Origin: an uncultured bacterium
Lineage (GTDB): Bacteria; JAGOEH01
Length of the DNA stretch: 64,000 nt
Assembly (NCBI GenBank): GCA_964632485.1
Contig: CAZWDO010000002.1
Location: forward strand, 248,001 to 312,000
Direction of reading: 5' to 3'
Part shown: piece after piece, positions 1 to 9,840 of the stretch
Numbering within the stretch: position 1 is the stretch's first letter
Layout: the number at the start of each line of letters is the position of its first letter
The notes under the pieces: generated by a model
Seen by the model: the letters and a program-made list of their open reading frames with translations, nothing else
Told to the model about the DNA's origin: nothing
The model's database searches: none
Position numbers and translations under genes: made by a program

Positions 1-222
1 AATTTGCGCTCTCTGGTGGAAAATCTGCTGGTTCTTAACTCGCAACCCTATCCGTGTTTAATCGCGCGAACCCGTTTGACTAACGATGGCGCCGCCCGAT
101 TAGATGAAATTCTTGAATCGCTCCTGCAACTGCCCCCGGGTCTTTATATGCAGTTTTTTATGGAACGAACCGGACTTTATATTTCAGAGGGCGACCAACT
201 CCTTACTCCTATGGATGTTTAA
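1..222 (+). CDS. C-terminal fragment, probably a radical SAM-linked protein (TIGR03936/DUF2344-like); 5' partial
   Basis: Open frame from the window edge ending ..ERTGLYI..LLTPMDV, abutting rng. This family commonly precedes Rne/Rng. Confidence 0.45.
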   Translation, partial: NLRSLVENLLVLNSQPYPCLIARTRLTNDGAARLDEILESLLQLPPGLYMQFFMERTGLYISEGDQLLTPMDV

Positions 223-1764
223 ATGAAAACGGAAATTATTATCAATGTTACCAGCTATGAATCCCGGGTCGCCATCCTGGAAGATAATCGGCTGGTTGAA
301 CTTTTTGTCGAACGACCTTACCATCTGCGACTCCTCGGCAATATCTATAAGGGAGTCGTCCAGAATATTCTGCCGAATCTGCAAGCGGCTTTTGTGGATA
401 TCGGCATGGATAAAAATGCGTTTTTACATGTCTCGGATATGACCGGTTTTCCTGATGCCGATAGCGAAGAGGAAATCGATACAGGTTTTAAAATCCCCTA
501 TGGACGCAAGAAAATATTCCCGCCCATCGAAACCCTGCTCAAAGTGGGTCAGGAAATTATGGTCCAAATCATCAAGGAACCCATTAGTACCAAAGGCTGC
601 CGTGTTTCTACCAATATTAATGTCCCCGGCCGATTCCTCGTGCTTCTTTTCAATAGTCGGAAAATCGGTATATCACGAAAAATTGCCGATAAAAGTGAAC
701 GCTATCGTTTGCGTTCAATAGTTAGTAAGCTAAAACCCAATGATTTAGGCTTTATTATCCGCACTGCCAGCTTGGATAAAAGCGCCAACTATTTGGAAAA
801 AGACTTAAAACAGTTGCTAAAAATCTATGATACCATCCAGAAAACTAATAATACTAAACGGGGTCCTTTACTTCTTTATCGTGAAGTCGATCTGTTATCC
901 AGCGTTATCCGCGATCTTTTCACTCCCGATGTTCATGCCGTGGTGGTCGATGATAAAAAGCAGTATCAGGAGATCGCCAAGTATTTGCGATTTCTGAAAT
1001 CTGAACTGTTGGACAGAGTTTATTATTATCGCGATACGCGTCCGATTTTTGATAATTATCATATAGAAGACGATATTAATCAAATGTTAGGGAAAAAAGT
1101 ATGGCTTCGACGGGGCGGATACCTTATCATAGAACAAACCGAGGCGCTGATCTCAATTGATGTCAATTCCGGGGGATTCGTAAAAGGTGAGAATGCCGAT
1201 GATTTCATCCTTTCTCTTAATTTGGAAGCGGCGCGGGAAATCGCCCGTCAGCTTAGGTTGCGCGATATCGGAGGATTGATTATTATTGATTTTATTGATA
1301 TGATGAACCGTAATCATCGGGATAAAGTATTTTTCGAATTACGGAATGCCATGCGCCGTGACCGCGCTAAATTTTTTATTTTGAATTTCAGCGAGTTCGG
1401 ATTGATCGAAATCACTCGTCAACGAGTTCGCCCCAGTTTACTTTTTTCATTTAGTATTGAATGCCCTATTTGTAAAGGTTTGGGACGGATCGATAGTCCG
1501 TTGACAACAGTTTCAAAGATTGAACATTGGTTTTTAAGGGCTTGCAACTGGCTGGAAGATAAAAAATTCACCATAAAGATATCTCCCGTTGTCCATGATT
1601 TTATCCATCATGAAGACCAGGGGAAATTTAAGGAAATCGAAAAACGGATGCGAATTGAAATGATCTTTGAAATTGATGAAGAACTAGAAGCAAATAATTT
1701 TAAAGTGTTTAGTTTTCGAACAGGGCAGGATATTACCGATCAGTTCATGAACGATGGAATCTGA
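223..1764 (+). CDS. rng: Rne/Rng family ribonuclease (RNase G-like)
   Basis: S1 domain (GNIYKGVV..AAFVDIG), IDVNSG, LRLRDIGGLIIIDFIDM and CPICKG Zn-link. At 513 aa it lacks the RNase E scaffold. Confidence 0.93.
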   Translation: MKTEIIINVTSYESRVAILEDNRLVELFVERPYHLRLLGNIYKGVVQNILPNLQAAFVDIGMDKNAFLHVSDMTGFPDADSEEEIDTGFKIPYGRKKIFPPIETLLKVGQEIMVQIIKEPISTKGCRVSTNINVPGRFLVLLFNSRKIGISRKIADKSERYRLRSIVSKLKPNDLGFIIRTASLDKSANYLEKDLKQLLKIYDTIQKTNNTKRGPLLLYREVDLLSSVIRDLFTPDVHAVVVDDKKQYQEIAKYLRFLKSELLDRVYYYRDTRPIFDNYHIEDDINQMLGKKVWLRRGGYLIIEQTEALISIDVNSGGFVKGENADDFILSLNLEAAREIARQLRLRDIGGLIIIDFIDMMNRNHRDKVFFELRNAMRRDRAKFFILNFSEFGLIEITRQRVRPSLLFSFSIECPICKGLGRIDSPLTTVSKIEHWFLRACNWLEDKKFTIKISPVVHDFIHHEDQGKFKEIEKRMRIEMIFEIDEELEANNFKVFSFRTGQDITDQFMNDGI

Positions 1765-2456
1765 TGACCTCTGTTCGGAAAAACATGGCAGGTTTAAGCC
1801 AACGCTATCGGATTGAAAAATATGAAGTCGGAGTTAAAAACTATCATTACTGGGCGCCCTCGAATCTGGAAGATTTGTTGAATGAACTCTCTGAAAACGA
1901 TTTCCAAAAAGATGAGCGGTTGCCCTATTGGTGCCATCTCTGGCCCTCCGCTCGCGTCTTGATTGAATATTTTTCCGCTAACCCGGAATTGTATGAAAAC
2001 CGACAGGTACTTGAATTGGGATGCGGGTTGGGAATTGTTTCCATCTTTCTCGCCGGTCACTGCCGGAATTTGTTGGCCGTGGACTATGAACCGGATGCTT
2101 TACAGTTCGCCCGGTGTAATTTTTTAGAAAATTTGAAAGGGTTTCCCGAACGGACGATGCTGACTGCCATGGATTGGCGGGAGATGGCGACGCGCTCCTC
2201 GTTCGATTTGATTTTTGGCGCGGATATCCTCTATGAAAACCGGTTTTTCGAACCCCTTGAACGTCTTATCCACAATCATAGCCATTCTCGTACTCAACTC
2301 ATTTTTACCGAGCCCGGCCGAAAAATCTCTTTGCCTTTTTTTGAACGCCTGTCTCAAATCGGTTATCGCCATCAAACCCATATCTATCCTTTCAAGACGT
2401 CCGACGGTATCGATCAAAAAGTTTATACGCATGTTTTTTCGCTAACGAATAACTGA
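1764..2456 (+). CDS. Class I SAM-dependent methyltransferase (Methyltransf_16-like)
   Basis: LPYW..LWPS, VLELGCGLG and GADILYE motifs; start overlaps the rng stop. Confidence 0.8.
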   Translation: MTSVRKNMAGLSQRYRIEKYEVGVKNYHYWAPSNLEDLLNELSENDFQKDERLPYWCHLWPSARVLIEYFSANPELYENRQVLELGCGLGIVSIFLAGHCRNLLAVDYEPDALQFARCNFLENLKGFPERTMLTAMDWREMATRSSFDLIFGADILYENRFFEPLERLIHNHSHSRTQLIFTEPGRKISLPFFERLSQIGYRHQTHIYPFKTSDGIDQKVYTHVFSLTNN

Positions 2457-2503
2457 ATCACCTGCTATTCGCCTGATGCGTGTTGAACGATTGTTGGGGC
2501 GGC

Positions 2504-3793
2504 CTAATTGGAAAATGTTGGGTGGTGTCTTAGATATTTCAGCGCTTCATTCGTCGTACCAATCGTTCCAGCGATCTGCGCTTTTCGCAACACATGAAGC
2601 ACTTCTTTAAATAATGGTCCCGGCGCCATTTTGAAATTTTTGATGAGATCAATTCCCGTTATCAATGGGGATTGGCAGTAGTTTTTTCGCCACTGATGGA
2701 GCCATTGCTGCAAAATATATTCGAACTGTTTCCCTTCGGCAGCAGATGGGGATTGAGTGCCGTAAAGATAGCATATAGCAATAATCGGCATAATTCCATA
2801 GCAGGCTATATCATCGAGTATCGCATCAACGATGGTCGAGCGCGTTTCATTCTGGTAGCGGGTTACCAGTCGGTGAGTTAACTTTAAGCCTTGCTGTATC
2901 TTGGTAGTGAAACAAAAGCGGTGTAGCAACTCGCGCTGAAAAACCCGATAGGTTTGGAAAATTATAGTATAGAGCCGTAACCATTGCCACAATGAATATT
3001 TGTCGCCAATCAAGGGGAGTGTCCGGTTGATTTCGGTTGTTAACGGTTCTTCCTTCATTCGATCGGCTAAGTTGAGACAGATATCAATAAATAAAGAATT
3101 ATCCACCGAAATAGGAGGTTTCCCGATCAGGGCTGGAAACAGGTTCATTTCCCGCATGGCAGGCCAGATGGAATGCCAATCAGGAGCGAGTACCATTTTA
3201 TGAAGTTCATTGTTCATTCGTTCGCCCGCTGGTTGCTGCAACCGTTTGTATTGGCGGTTTATTTGATCAAGTGTTTCCGGAGAGATGACCAAATTATAGA
3301 TGGCAGCAAAGCGGAACGCGCGCAACGCCCGTAATGGATCGTTTTCAATGCTGTGAGGGGAAACAACCCGGAGAGATCGGTTTTGAAGATCGTCCCATCC
3401 GTTATATGGATCGATTAGTTGATCAGGATGCTGCCAATCGACAGCTATCGCATTGATAGTAAAATCGCGTCTTCCCAAATCCTCAGCCAGGCATCCGCCG
3501 GCCATTTGCGCAATATCAACAGTTATATCATGTTTTTTTGAGACCAGTCGATAAATTTGATGGGTTTCATCCAGTAGGACCAGGGAGAACGACCATATAG
3601 CCCGCAACTCCATTGCCAGTTCTTGCGCATTGGCGGAAACAAGGTCCAAATCGCGGCTGGCAATCCCTTGCAAATGATCCCGAATCCAGCCGCCAACTAA
3701 GTAGGTGTCCGCTCTTCGAGCAATCAACAAAGCCAGTTGATGGAAATTGGGAAGCGGGGTTAAAATTAAGTCAATGCTTTTTTGGAGGTTCAT
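2504..3793 (-). CDS. Class II tRNA nucleotidyltransferase / poly(A) polymerase family, probably CC-adding type
   Basis: LVGGWIRD, DLDL, EDLGRRDFTINAIA, DPLRALRAFRF and C-terminal ITGIDL..PGP motifs. Confidence 0.88.
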   Translation of the reverse strand: MNLQKSIDLILTPLPNFHQLALLIARRADTYLVGGWIRDHLQGIASRDLDLVSANAQELAMELRAIWSFSLVLLDETHQIYRLVSKKHDITVDIAQMAGGCLAEDLGRRDFTINAIAVDWQHPDQLIDPYNGWDDLQNRSLRVVSPHSIENDPLRALRAFRFAAIYNLVISPETLDQINRQYKRLQQPAGERMNNELHKMVLAPDWHSIWPAMREMNLFPALIGKPPISVDNSLFIDICLNLADRMKEEPLTTEINRTLPLIGDKYSLWQWLRLYTIIFQTYRVFQRELLHRFCFTTKIQQGLKLTHRLVTRYQNETRSTIVDAILDDIACYGIMPIIAICYLYGTQSPSAAEGKQFEYILQQWLHQWRKNYCQSPLITGIDLIKNFKMAPGPLFKEVLHVLRKAQIAGTIGTTNEALKYLRHHPTFSN

Positions 3794-4655
3794 ATTTGAT
3801 TTTTAGTTGATAAGCCAGCTCGGCGCCGAGTAGAAATATATTGGCGCTAAAATATATCCAGAATATCATGATTAAAAGCGTTGCCAATGATCCGTAAAAT
3901 GAAAAACTGTGCATAATATAGTTGAGATAAATAGTAAAAAGATATTTGGAGATTTCCCAAATAAAAGCGGCGCTGGCAGCGCCAGTGATTACATAGCGGC
4001 GACGCATTTTTACTTTGGGAATGAAGCGATAGATCGTATAAAAGAAAAGAGTCGATAAGGAAGTAGGAATCAATATTTTGGCAATCGTAATCAAGAACGA
4101 CCGGTTGTAGAAAGTCAAATTAAAAAACTCAAAGGGGAGACTTAGAATTGTCTGCATAACCGAAGTCATTACTAATGAAAAATAGAGGAGGGTTACCAGA
4201 GGTACAACCAGAATAGTGTTGCGCATTTTGTGTATAATATACTGCCGCCCGGATTTGATGTTCCATATTTGATGCAGGGCGTTTTCCGTGGCGCAAAAAA
4301 TTTTATTGCTGGTCCAGATTAGACCGACGACGCCGATCAGTGAGTTGATCCGTGTAGTCCTTACCAGAAATTCCAGATTGTCCTCAATAATCACCAGCGC
4401 CTGGGGTATAATTGTGCCGATATAGTTGATGATCTCGACAAATATATCTTCCCGTTTAAGATAGATGCCGAAAATGGCAAAAGCAACCATGATAAAAGGG
4501 AAGAGAGAAAGCATGGCGTAATAAGAGATTCCCGCCGCCATCAAACTGCCGTTCTTCTGGGCAAAGCGGTCAAAAACACGATAAATCAACTGTTTTTCCA
4601 ACCAGTTGAATAAACCGTCATAAAGTTGACTGATCATTTTTGAATATGATGACAC
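3771..4655 (-). CDS. YihY/virulence factor BrkB family membrane protein
   Basis: AAGISYYAMLSLFP, YRFIP, YGSL..WIY..IFLLGAEL motifs; multiple TM segments. Confidence 0.9.
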   Translation of the reverse strand: MSSYSKMISQLYDGLFNWLEKQLIYRVFDRFAQKNGSLMAAGISYYAMLSLFPFIMVAFAIFGIYLKREDIFVEIINYIGTIIPQALVIIEDNLEFLVRTTRINSLIGVVGLIWTSNKIFCATENALHQIWNIKSGRQYIIHKMRNTILVVPLVTLLYFSLVMTSVMQTILSLPFEFFNLTFYNRSFLITIAKILIPTSLSTLFFYTIYRFIPKVKMRRRYVITGAASAAFIWEISKYLFTIYLNYIMHSFSFYGSLATLLIMIFWIYFSANIFLLGAELAYQLKIKYEPPKKH

Positions 4656-5587
4656 CCAAAAAATTGTTTGATGGGTAGTTTATTATCATTGGAAAGATTC
4701 ATTTTAACCAGCATTTCACCGATTAGCCCGGTAGATATGAATTGGATCGATAACAAGACCAGCAGAATGCCCAAACTCATTAAGGGATGACGGTTTTGGA
4801 TGTTGCCGTAATGAATCCATAAACCGAATATGTAGAAATTGATGACCATACCAATTAAACCGAAAAATACGCCAATGGTTCCGAAAAGATGCAGTGGCCG
4901 TTTCGCATACCGATCGAGAAAAATGATGGTAATCAGGTCTAAAAATCCTTTCATCATGCGGGACACACCATATTTCGTGCGGCCAAACTGGCGGGCGTGG
5001 TGTGTTACGGGAATTTCCGTGATCCGAAATCCCTGCCAGTGCGCTAAAACGGGTAAATAGCGATGCATTTCACCATAGACCGGGAAATTGTCAATCACTT
5101 CGTGACGATAGATTTTGAGTCCACAGTTGAAATCGTGGATTTTAATGCCCGACATGGCGCTGACGACTTTGTTAAATAATTTTGATGGCAGAGTTTTGCC
5201 CAACGGGTCATGGCGCTTTTTTTTCCAGCCTGAAACCAGGTCATAGCCTTCTTCCAGCTTGGCGATCAGGTTTTTGATCTCCTGGGGATCATCCTGCAGA
5301 TCAGCGTCCATCGTAACGACATATCGCCCCTCAGCCTCGGTAAACCCAATCGAGAGCGCGGCGGCTTTGCCCATATTTTTACGAAATTGAATTACTTTGA
5401 CATGGGCTGTATCCTTTTGATAGATTTCGAGTTGACGCAATGTTGACTGGTCGCGGCTGCCATCATCCACAAAAATAATTTCATAGTCGAGTTTCAAGGT
5501 CCCCAATGAATCTTGAATTTGCGTATAAAGGGGAAAGAGACTCTCTTCTTCGTTGAAACAGGGAATTACAATTGATAAATCCTTCAT
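4634..5587 (-). CDS. Glycosyltransferase family 2 (ArnC/DPM1-like, two C-terminal TM helices)
   Basis: SIVIPCFNEE, VDDGSRD, MDADLQDDP, HDFNCGLK. Start placed at the ATGA overlap with the asnB-like stop. Confidence 0.9.
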   Translation of the reverse strand: MKDLSIVIPCFNEEESLFPLYTQIQDSLGTLKLDYEIIFVDDGSRDQSTLRQLEIYQKDTAHVKVIQFRKNMGKAAALSIGFTEAEGRYVVTMDADLQDDPQEIKNLIAKLEEGYDLVSGWKKKRHDPLGKTLPSKLFNKVVSAMSGIKIHDFNCGLKIYRHEVIDNFPVYGEMHRYLPVLAHWQGFRITEIPVTHHARQFGRTKYGVSRMMKGFLDLITIIFLDRYAKRPLHLFGTIGVFFGLIGMVINFYIFGLWIHYGNIQNRHPLMSLGILLVLLSIQFISTGLIGEMLVKMNLSNDNKLPIKQFFGCHHIQK

Positions 5588-7473
5588 AGTCCGTTCCTTG
5601 TATAACGTTCGAGCCAAACGCTAAGTGAAACCAGCGCCGAAAGCTGTCGGCCCCGGTCGGTTTTTTGTTCAATATGCTGTTGAAAAATCTGCTGGACAAA
5701 GGCAGGATTGATAATCCCGCTTTGAGTAAAATGGGCGGCGTTCAGATAATCGCCGACAAACTCCTTTAAGGGGCCTTTGATCCAACCCGCTAAGGGGATT
5801 ATAAATCCCTTTTTTTTCATTTTTATAATATCTCTCGGAAGAATCGATTCTAAAGCCTGCCGGAATACGTATTTGGTTTTCGCGCCTTTAACTTTGAGGT
5901 GAGTGGGCAAACTGAGTGAAAAATCGACCAACTCGTTGTCGTAAAAAGGGACCCGGCCTTCCAGCGAATAGCGCATGGTGGTGGCGTCCGATACCGGCAG
6001 GGTACAACCAGCGTTGAAAACTCTCAGGTCATAGTGCATCAGGCGGTCGATCCAATCCGTACCGTTAAATTTGTCTAAGGCGTTTTCATAGAGTTGGTAC
6101 CCCTGATACGTGTCGATCCGGCGTTTTAATTCATGGCTATAAAGTGTGTTTTTTTCATCGGAATTAAAGATTTCCTTGAAGCCATAATGGGCGCGATCAT
6201 CCGGGTAACGGGCGCCGAGGAGAAATCGTTTGACTTTAAAATCGAAGCTGAGACGTTGATGCGATACGGGCAGAGAATCAATTATTTTGGGTACTAAATA
6301 GTTACGCAACCAGGCAGGGAGTTTCCGCCAAATCCGGATAGCTCGAAAAGCAACAATCGTCGGGTAGCCCCCCCAAAATTCATCGCCACCGTCACCTCGT
6401 AAAACTACCTTAACATGCTCCGCCGCCAGTTCCGATAAGACCAGATTGGCGATTCCCGACCAGTCCCCCTGGGGTTGGTCCATGGCTTCAATGTAGGTTG
6501 CCAGGCGATCTGACACATCCTGGGGCTTCATGATACGGGAATAGTGTTGAGCGCCAAATTTTTTCGCTACTAACCCTGCTTCGTTTAGTTCATTATAAGA
6601 ATTTTCATCAAAACCGATAGTGAAGGCTTTGACCGAATAATTCAAATTTTTTACCATCAGCGAAAGAATGGCTGTGGAATCAAGTCCCCCGCTAAGACAC
6701 ACTCCTACCGGTACATCGCTTTGCAGTTGCTTCCGAATTGCTTCGGTAAGATAATAAACAATGCGCTCTTTGACTTCATTTACCGGAAGGCGCGTTTTCT
6801 TCTGGTAATCGAGCCGGAACCATTCCTTCATCTCACTCGTTCCGTTTAAGGTATTGATCGTCAGACAATGGCCGGGTTCCAGCTTGTGAATTCCTTCGAA
6901 GATCGTATGGGGAGCGTTGATATAATAATAAGAAAAATAGTTTTCCAGAGCGATGGGATCTATCGATTTCCGGATAGCGGGAATGGTGAGCAATCCTTTT
7001 ATCTCAGAACAAAAAAAGAGTTGATTGTCAATTATTGTATAATAGAGCGGTTTTATACCATAGCGGTCAATAGCCAGGAGAACTTGATTCCGTTTGAGGT
7101 CATGGATGGCAAAAGCGAACATCCCATCCAGTTTCGATAAAAAATCAATGCCGTATTCTTCATAGAGATGCAACAGAGTTTCTGTATCGGCATCGGTTTT
7201 AAAACGATGACCCTTTTTGATTAATTCATCACGCCAGGGCCGGTAATTATATAATTCCCCATTATAAACGATAATAACAGAATCATCTTCATTGGTCAGA
7301 GGTTGATGCCCTTTTTTCAGATCGATGATACTAAGCCGACGCATAGCCAGGCCGACCCTTGAGTCGTGCCAGTTCCCCTGATCATCGGGCCCCCGGTGGA
7401 TAATGCTGTCGTTCATCCGTTGTAAAAGGACGGGATCGACTGGCGAGCCGATAATACCACATATTCCGCACAT
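5584..7473 (-). CDS. asnB: Asparagine synthase (glutamine-hydrolysing) family amidotransferase, probably glycan-associated
   Basis: N-terminal MCGICG, HRGPD, RRLSIID, NGELYN, LSGGLDS, GDGGDE. Flanked by GT2 genes. Confidence 0.9.
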   Translation of the reverse strand: MCGICGIIGSPVDPVLLQRMNDSIIHRGPDDQGNWHDSRVGLAMRRLSIIDLKKGHQPLTNEDDSVIIVYNGELYNYRPWRDELIKKGHRFKTDADTETLLHLYEEYGIDFLSKLDGMFAFAIHDLKRNQVLLAIDRYGIKPLYYTIIDNQLFFCSEIKGLLTIPAIRKSIDPIALENYFSYYYINAPHTIFEGIHKLEPGHCLTINTLNGTSEMKEWFRLDYQKKTRLPVNEVKERIVYYLTEAIRKQLQSDVPVGVCLSGGLDSTAILSLMVKNLNYSVKAFTIGFDENSYNELNEAGLVAKKFGAQHYSRIMKPQDVSDRLATYIEAMDQPQGDWSGIANLVLSELAAEHVKVVLRGDGGDEFWGGYPTIVAFRAIRIWRKLPAWLRNYLVPKIIDSLPVSHQRLSFDFKVKRFLLGARYPDDRAHYGFKEIFNSDEKNTLYSHELKRRIDTYQGYQLYENALDKFNGTDWIDRLMHYDLRVFNAGCTLPVSDATTMRYSLEGRVPFYDNELVDFSLSLPTHLKVKGAKTKYVFRQALESILPRDIIKMKKKGFIIPLAGWIKGPLKEFVGDYLNAAHFTQSGIINPAFVQQIFQQHIEQKTDRGRQLSALVSLSVWLERYTRNGL

Positions 7474-8417
7474 TAGCTGCCTTCCTGCATATCAAATAAC
7501 ATGGCAAATAGCAGAAACTGCAATCCAATCAGGATGAAGAGAGCGCAGAGCACCGATTGAGGGCCTGAAACCCCAATTCCGGCTATCTGCCGGTAAACCA
7601 GGAATAGCCCGAATATCAATCCCATCGGCAGAAAGAGCATACCCGCCAGATAGAAAAAAAGAAGGATATGAAAATCAAGAAAGAAGTATTTATAGAAAAG
7701 CCGCCAGAAGAAATCTTTCAGGAGCATTGGCGAGACTTTAAGAAAATATTTAAATCCTTTGATTTGGGATTGCTTTTCGCCTTTAAGATACACCGCGCGG
7801 CGGGGTATATCGATGGTTTTTAATTTATAGGCATTCAGCCGCACTAAGAAATCCATCGGATACCCATACCCTTTCCAGGCTTTGTCCCAATCGACCACGT
7901 CAATCGCGCGTTTAGAAATGGCGGTAAATCCGTCCACAACATCGAATACTTTATAATAACCGGAGGCGATTTTCGTCAGCATGCTGATCACCGTATTGGC
8001 AAAAAAACGAAGACGCGGCATATCAGTCAGGTATTTTCCTCCTTCAAGGAAGCGGTTCCCTTTGGTATAATCAGCCTTGCCGTCAATAATGGGGTCCAAC
8101 AGACGGGAGGTTTGTTCGTAAGGCATTTGGAAATCGCCACCGACGACTACCGTGATATCGTAATTATCGAGGGAGCTTTGCAAGTATCCGGTAATAATAG
8201 CCTGGCCGACACCGCGGTTAATTTCATGGCGAATAAGCTGGACACGCGGGTTCTTCGCCGCGATTTCCAGTATGACCTGCGGTGTGCTGTCCGTACTACC
8301 ATCATCAATGGCATAGATTTTATCGATGAAGGAAGGGGCTTCTTCTAAGGTCGGGCGGATCAGGCGTTCTTCATTTTTCGCGGGAATGACAAGGGCAATC
8401 TTATGGTCACGATACAT
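7473..8417 (-). CDS. Glycosyltransferase family 2
   Basis: VIPAKNEE, IDDGSTD, NRGVG, KGNRF; C-terminal TM pair. Confidence 0.88.
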   Translation of the reverse strand: MYRDHKIALVIPAKNEERLIRPTLEEAPSFIDKIYAIDDGSTDSTPQVILEIAAKNPRVQLIRHEINRGVGQAIITGYLQSSLDNYDITVVVGGDFQMPYEQTSRLLDPIIDGKADYTKGNRFLEGGKYLTDMPRLRFFANTVISMLTKIASGYYKVFDVVDGFTAISKRAIDVVDWDKAWKGYGYPMDFLVRLNAYKLKTIDIPRRAVYLKGEKQSQIKGFKYFLKVSPMLLKDFFWRLFYKYFFLDFHILLFFYLAGMLFLPMGLIFGLFLVYRQIAGIGVSGPQSVLCALFILIGLQFLLFAMLFDMQEGS

Positions 8418-8432
8418 CGGCTATCCTGTTCG

Positions 8433-9497
8433 TTATGAATTAAGTCCAAGTTTGCATTTTTTGGGTTTGAAACGGAGCGGCACTTCATTACCGGTTTCTA
8501 CTGATTCATAAATGGCATTGATCAATTCCAGCGATTTTCGGCCTTCCAATCCGTCAACTAAGGCTTTTTTGTTATTTTTAATACAGTAAATCACATCTTT
8601 AAGATATTCGTAGTGGCCGAAACCATACACATCCTGAGGGTATTGGTTGCATTCTTCTATCACCCGATTGTCTTCATCGGTTTGGTCAACAAATGACCAA
8701 GTGCGCATCTGATTGACCGCAAAACCGGCGATTTCGACGGTGCCTTTTTCACCCAAAATGGAAATCGAACCTTCCAGGTCATTGGGACGGGCGCAAACTG
8801 TCGCTTCAACTACACCCAGCGCTCCGTTGGAAAACTTGAGCAACGCGACCCCGGTATCCTCGACTTCGATGTTCAATAATGCAGTCGTTGTGCGGGCGAC
8901 CACACTCTCCACATTGCCCATCATCCATTCGAGCAAATCAATATGATGACTCGCCTGATTGGTCAGTACCCCCCCATCCATCGCCCAGGTTCCTCGCCAT
9001 TTATCCATGTCATAATACGCCTGGTCGCGACTCCAACGCACCCGCACCGTTCCCAGCACTAATTTGCCGAAGCGGTCGTTTTCGATGGCTGACCGCAGTT
9101 TTTTTATGGGCAGATTGTAGCGGTTCTGCTTGACAACGAATAAGCGAACTCCGTTTTGATCACAGGTGCGAATCATCTGATCGGCATCCTCCAGACGCAA
9201 AGCCATTGGTTTCTCAACAATAATGTCTTTGCCCATCCGGGCGACTTCAATACTGATGGAAGAATGGCTGCCGCTGGGTGTCAATATATTCACGACCTGG
9301 ATCGACGGTTCCTTTTCCAACATATATCGATAATCCGTATAGAACGGCACTTGATATTTCGTTGCGTAGGCGCGGGCTCTCTCCTCAATAGGATCGCAAA
9401 CCGCCACAATTCGGGCTTCCGGCATTTCGGCCAATAAGGGTATATGCTTACGCGCGATCCGTCCGCAACCAATTATTCCAAATTGAATCTGATCCAT
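8433..9497 (-). CDS. Gfo/Idh/MocA oxidoreductase (WbpB/WlbA-like nucleotide-sugar dehydrogenase)
   Basis: GIIGCGRI, VEKPMA, VVKQNRYN, WRGTWAMDGGVLTNQASHHID. Start placed at MDQIQF after an AGGAG RBS. Confidence 0.85.
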   Translation of the reverse strand: MDQIQFGIIGCGRIARKHIPLLAEMPEARIVAVCDPIEERARAYATKYQVPFYTDYRYMLEKEPSIQVVNILTPSGSHSSISIEVARMGKDIIVEKPMALRLEDADQMIRTCDQNGVRLFVVKQNRYNLPIKKLRSAIENDRFGKLVLGTVRVRWSRDQAYYDMDKWRGTWAMDGGVLTNQASHHIDLLEWMMGNVESVVARTTTALLNIEVEDTGVALLKFSNGALGVVEATVCARPNDLEGSISILGEKGTVEIAGFAVNQMRTWSFVDQTDEDNRVIEECNQYPQDVYGFGHYEYLKDVIYCIKNNKKALVDGLEGRKSLELINAIYESVETGNEVPLRFKPKKCKLGLNS

Positions 9498-9582
9498 TTT
9501 TTTTTCTCCTTGTTTCAATCCTTGTAAAGTTATATTTTTTTTGGCAAAAGTCAATGAAAAAATCATTTTTTTATCTTTACTC

Positions 9583-9610
9583 TTGACTTTTTCATCAAAA
9601 TGTTTATAAT
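9583..9610 (+). promoter_or_regulatory. Sigma70-type promoter upstream of the GT4 gene
   Basis: TTGACT-16 bp-TATAAT. Confidence 0.55.
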
Positions 9611-9840
9611 TGAGCAAAAAAATATAGGTTGATTCAGATAGTGTTGGCATCTAAAATGAATCGGTTTCGGTTAAATGAGGTATTTTGACGCAAGCGCGGA
9701 ACATTGATAATTTGCTATAATCAGCGCGCCTGCGTGTTATTTTTTGCGGTCTGGTTGTATGATGGCTAAGCGCTGATTTTGCATAGGAGATTTTTTACGA
9801 TGACGATGAAATCACTTAAACTGTATATATTGAGGAGCAA

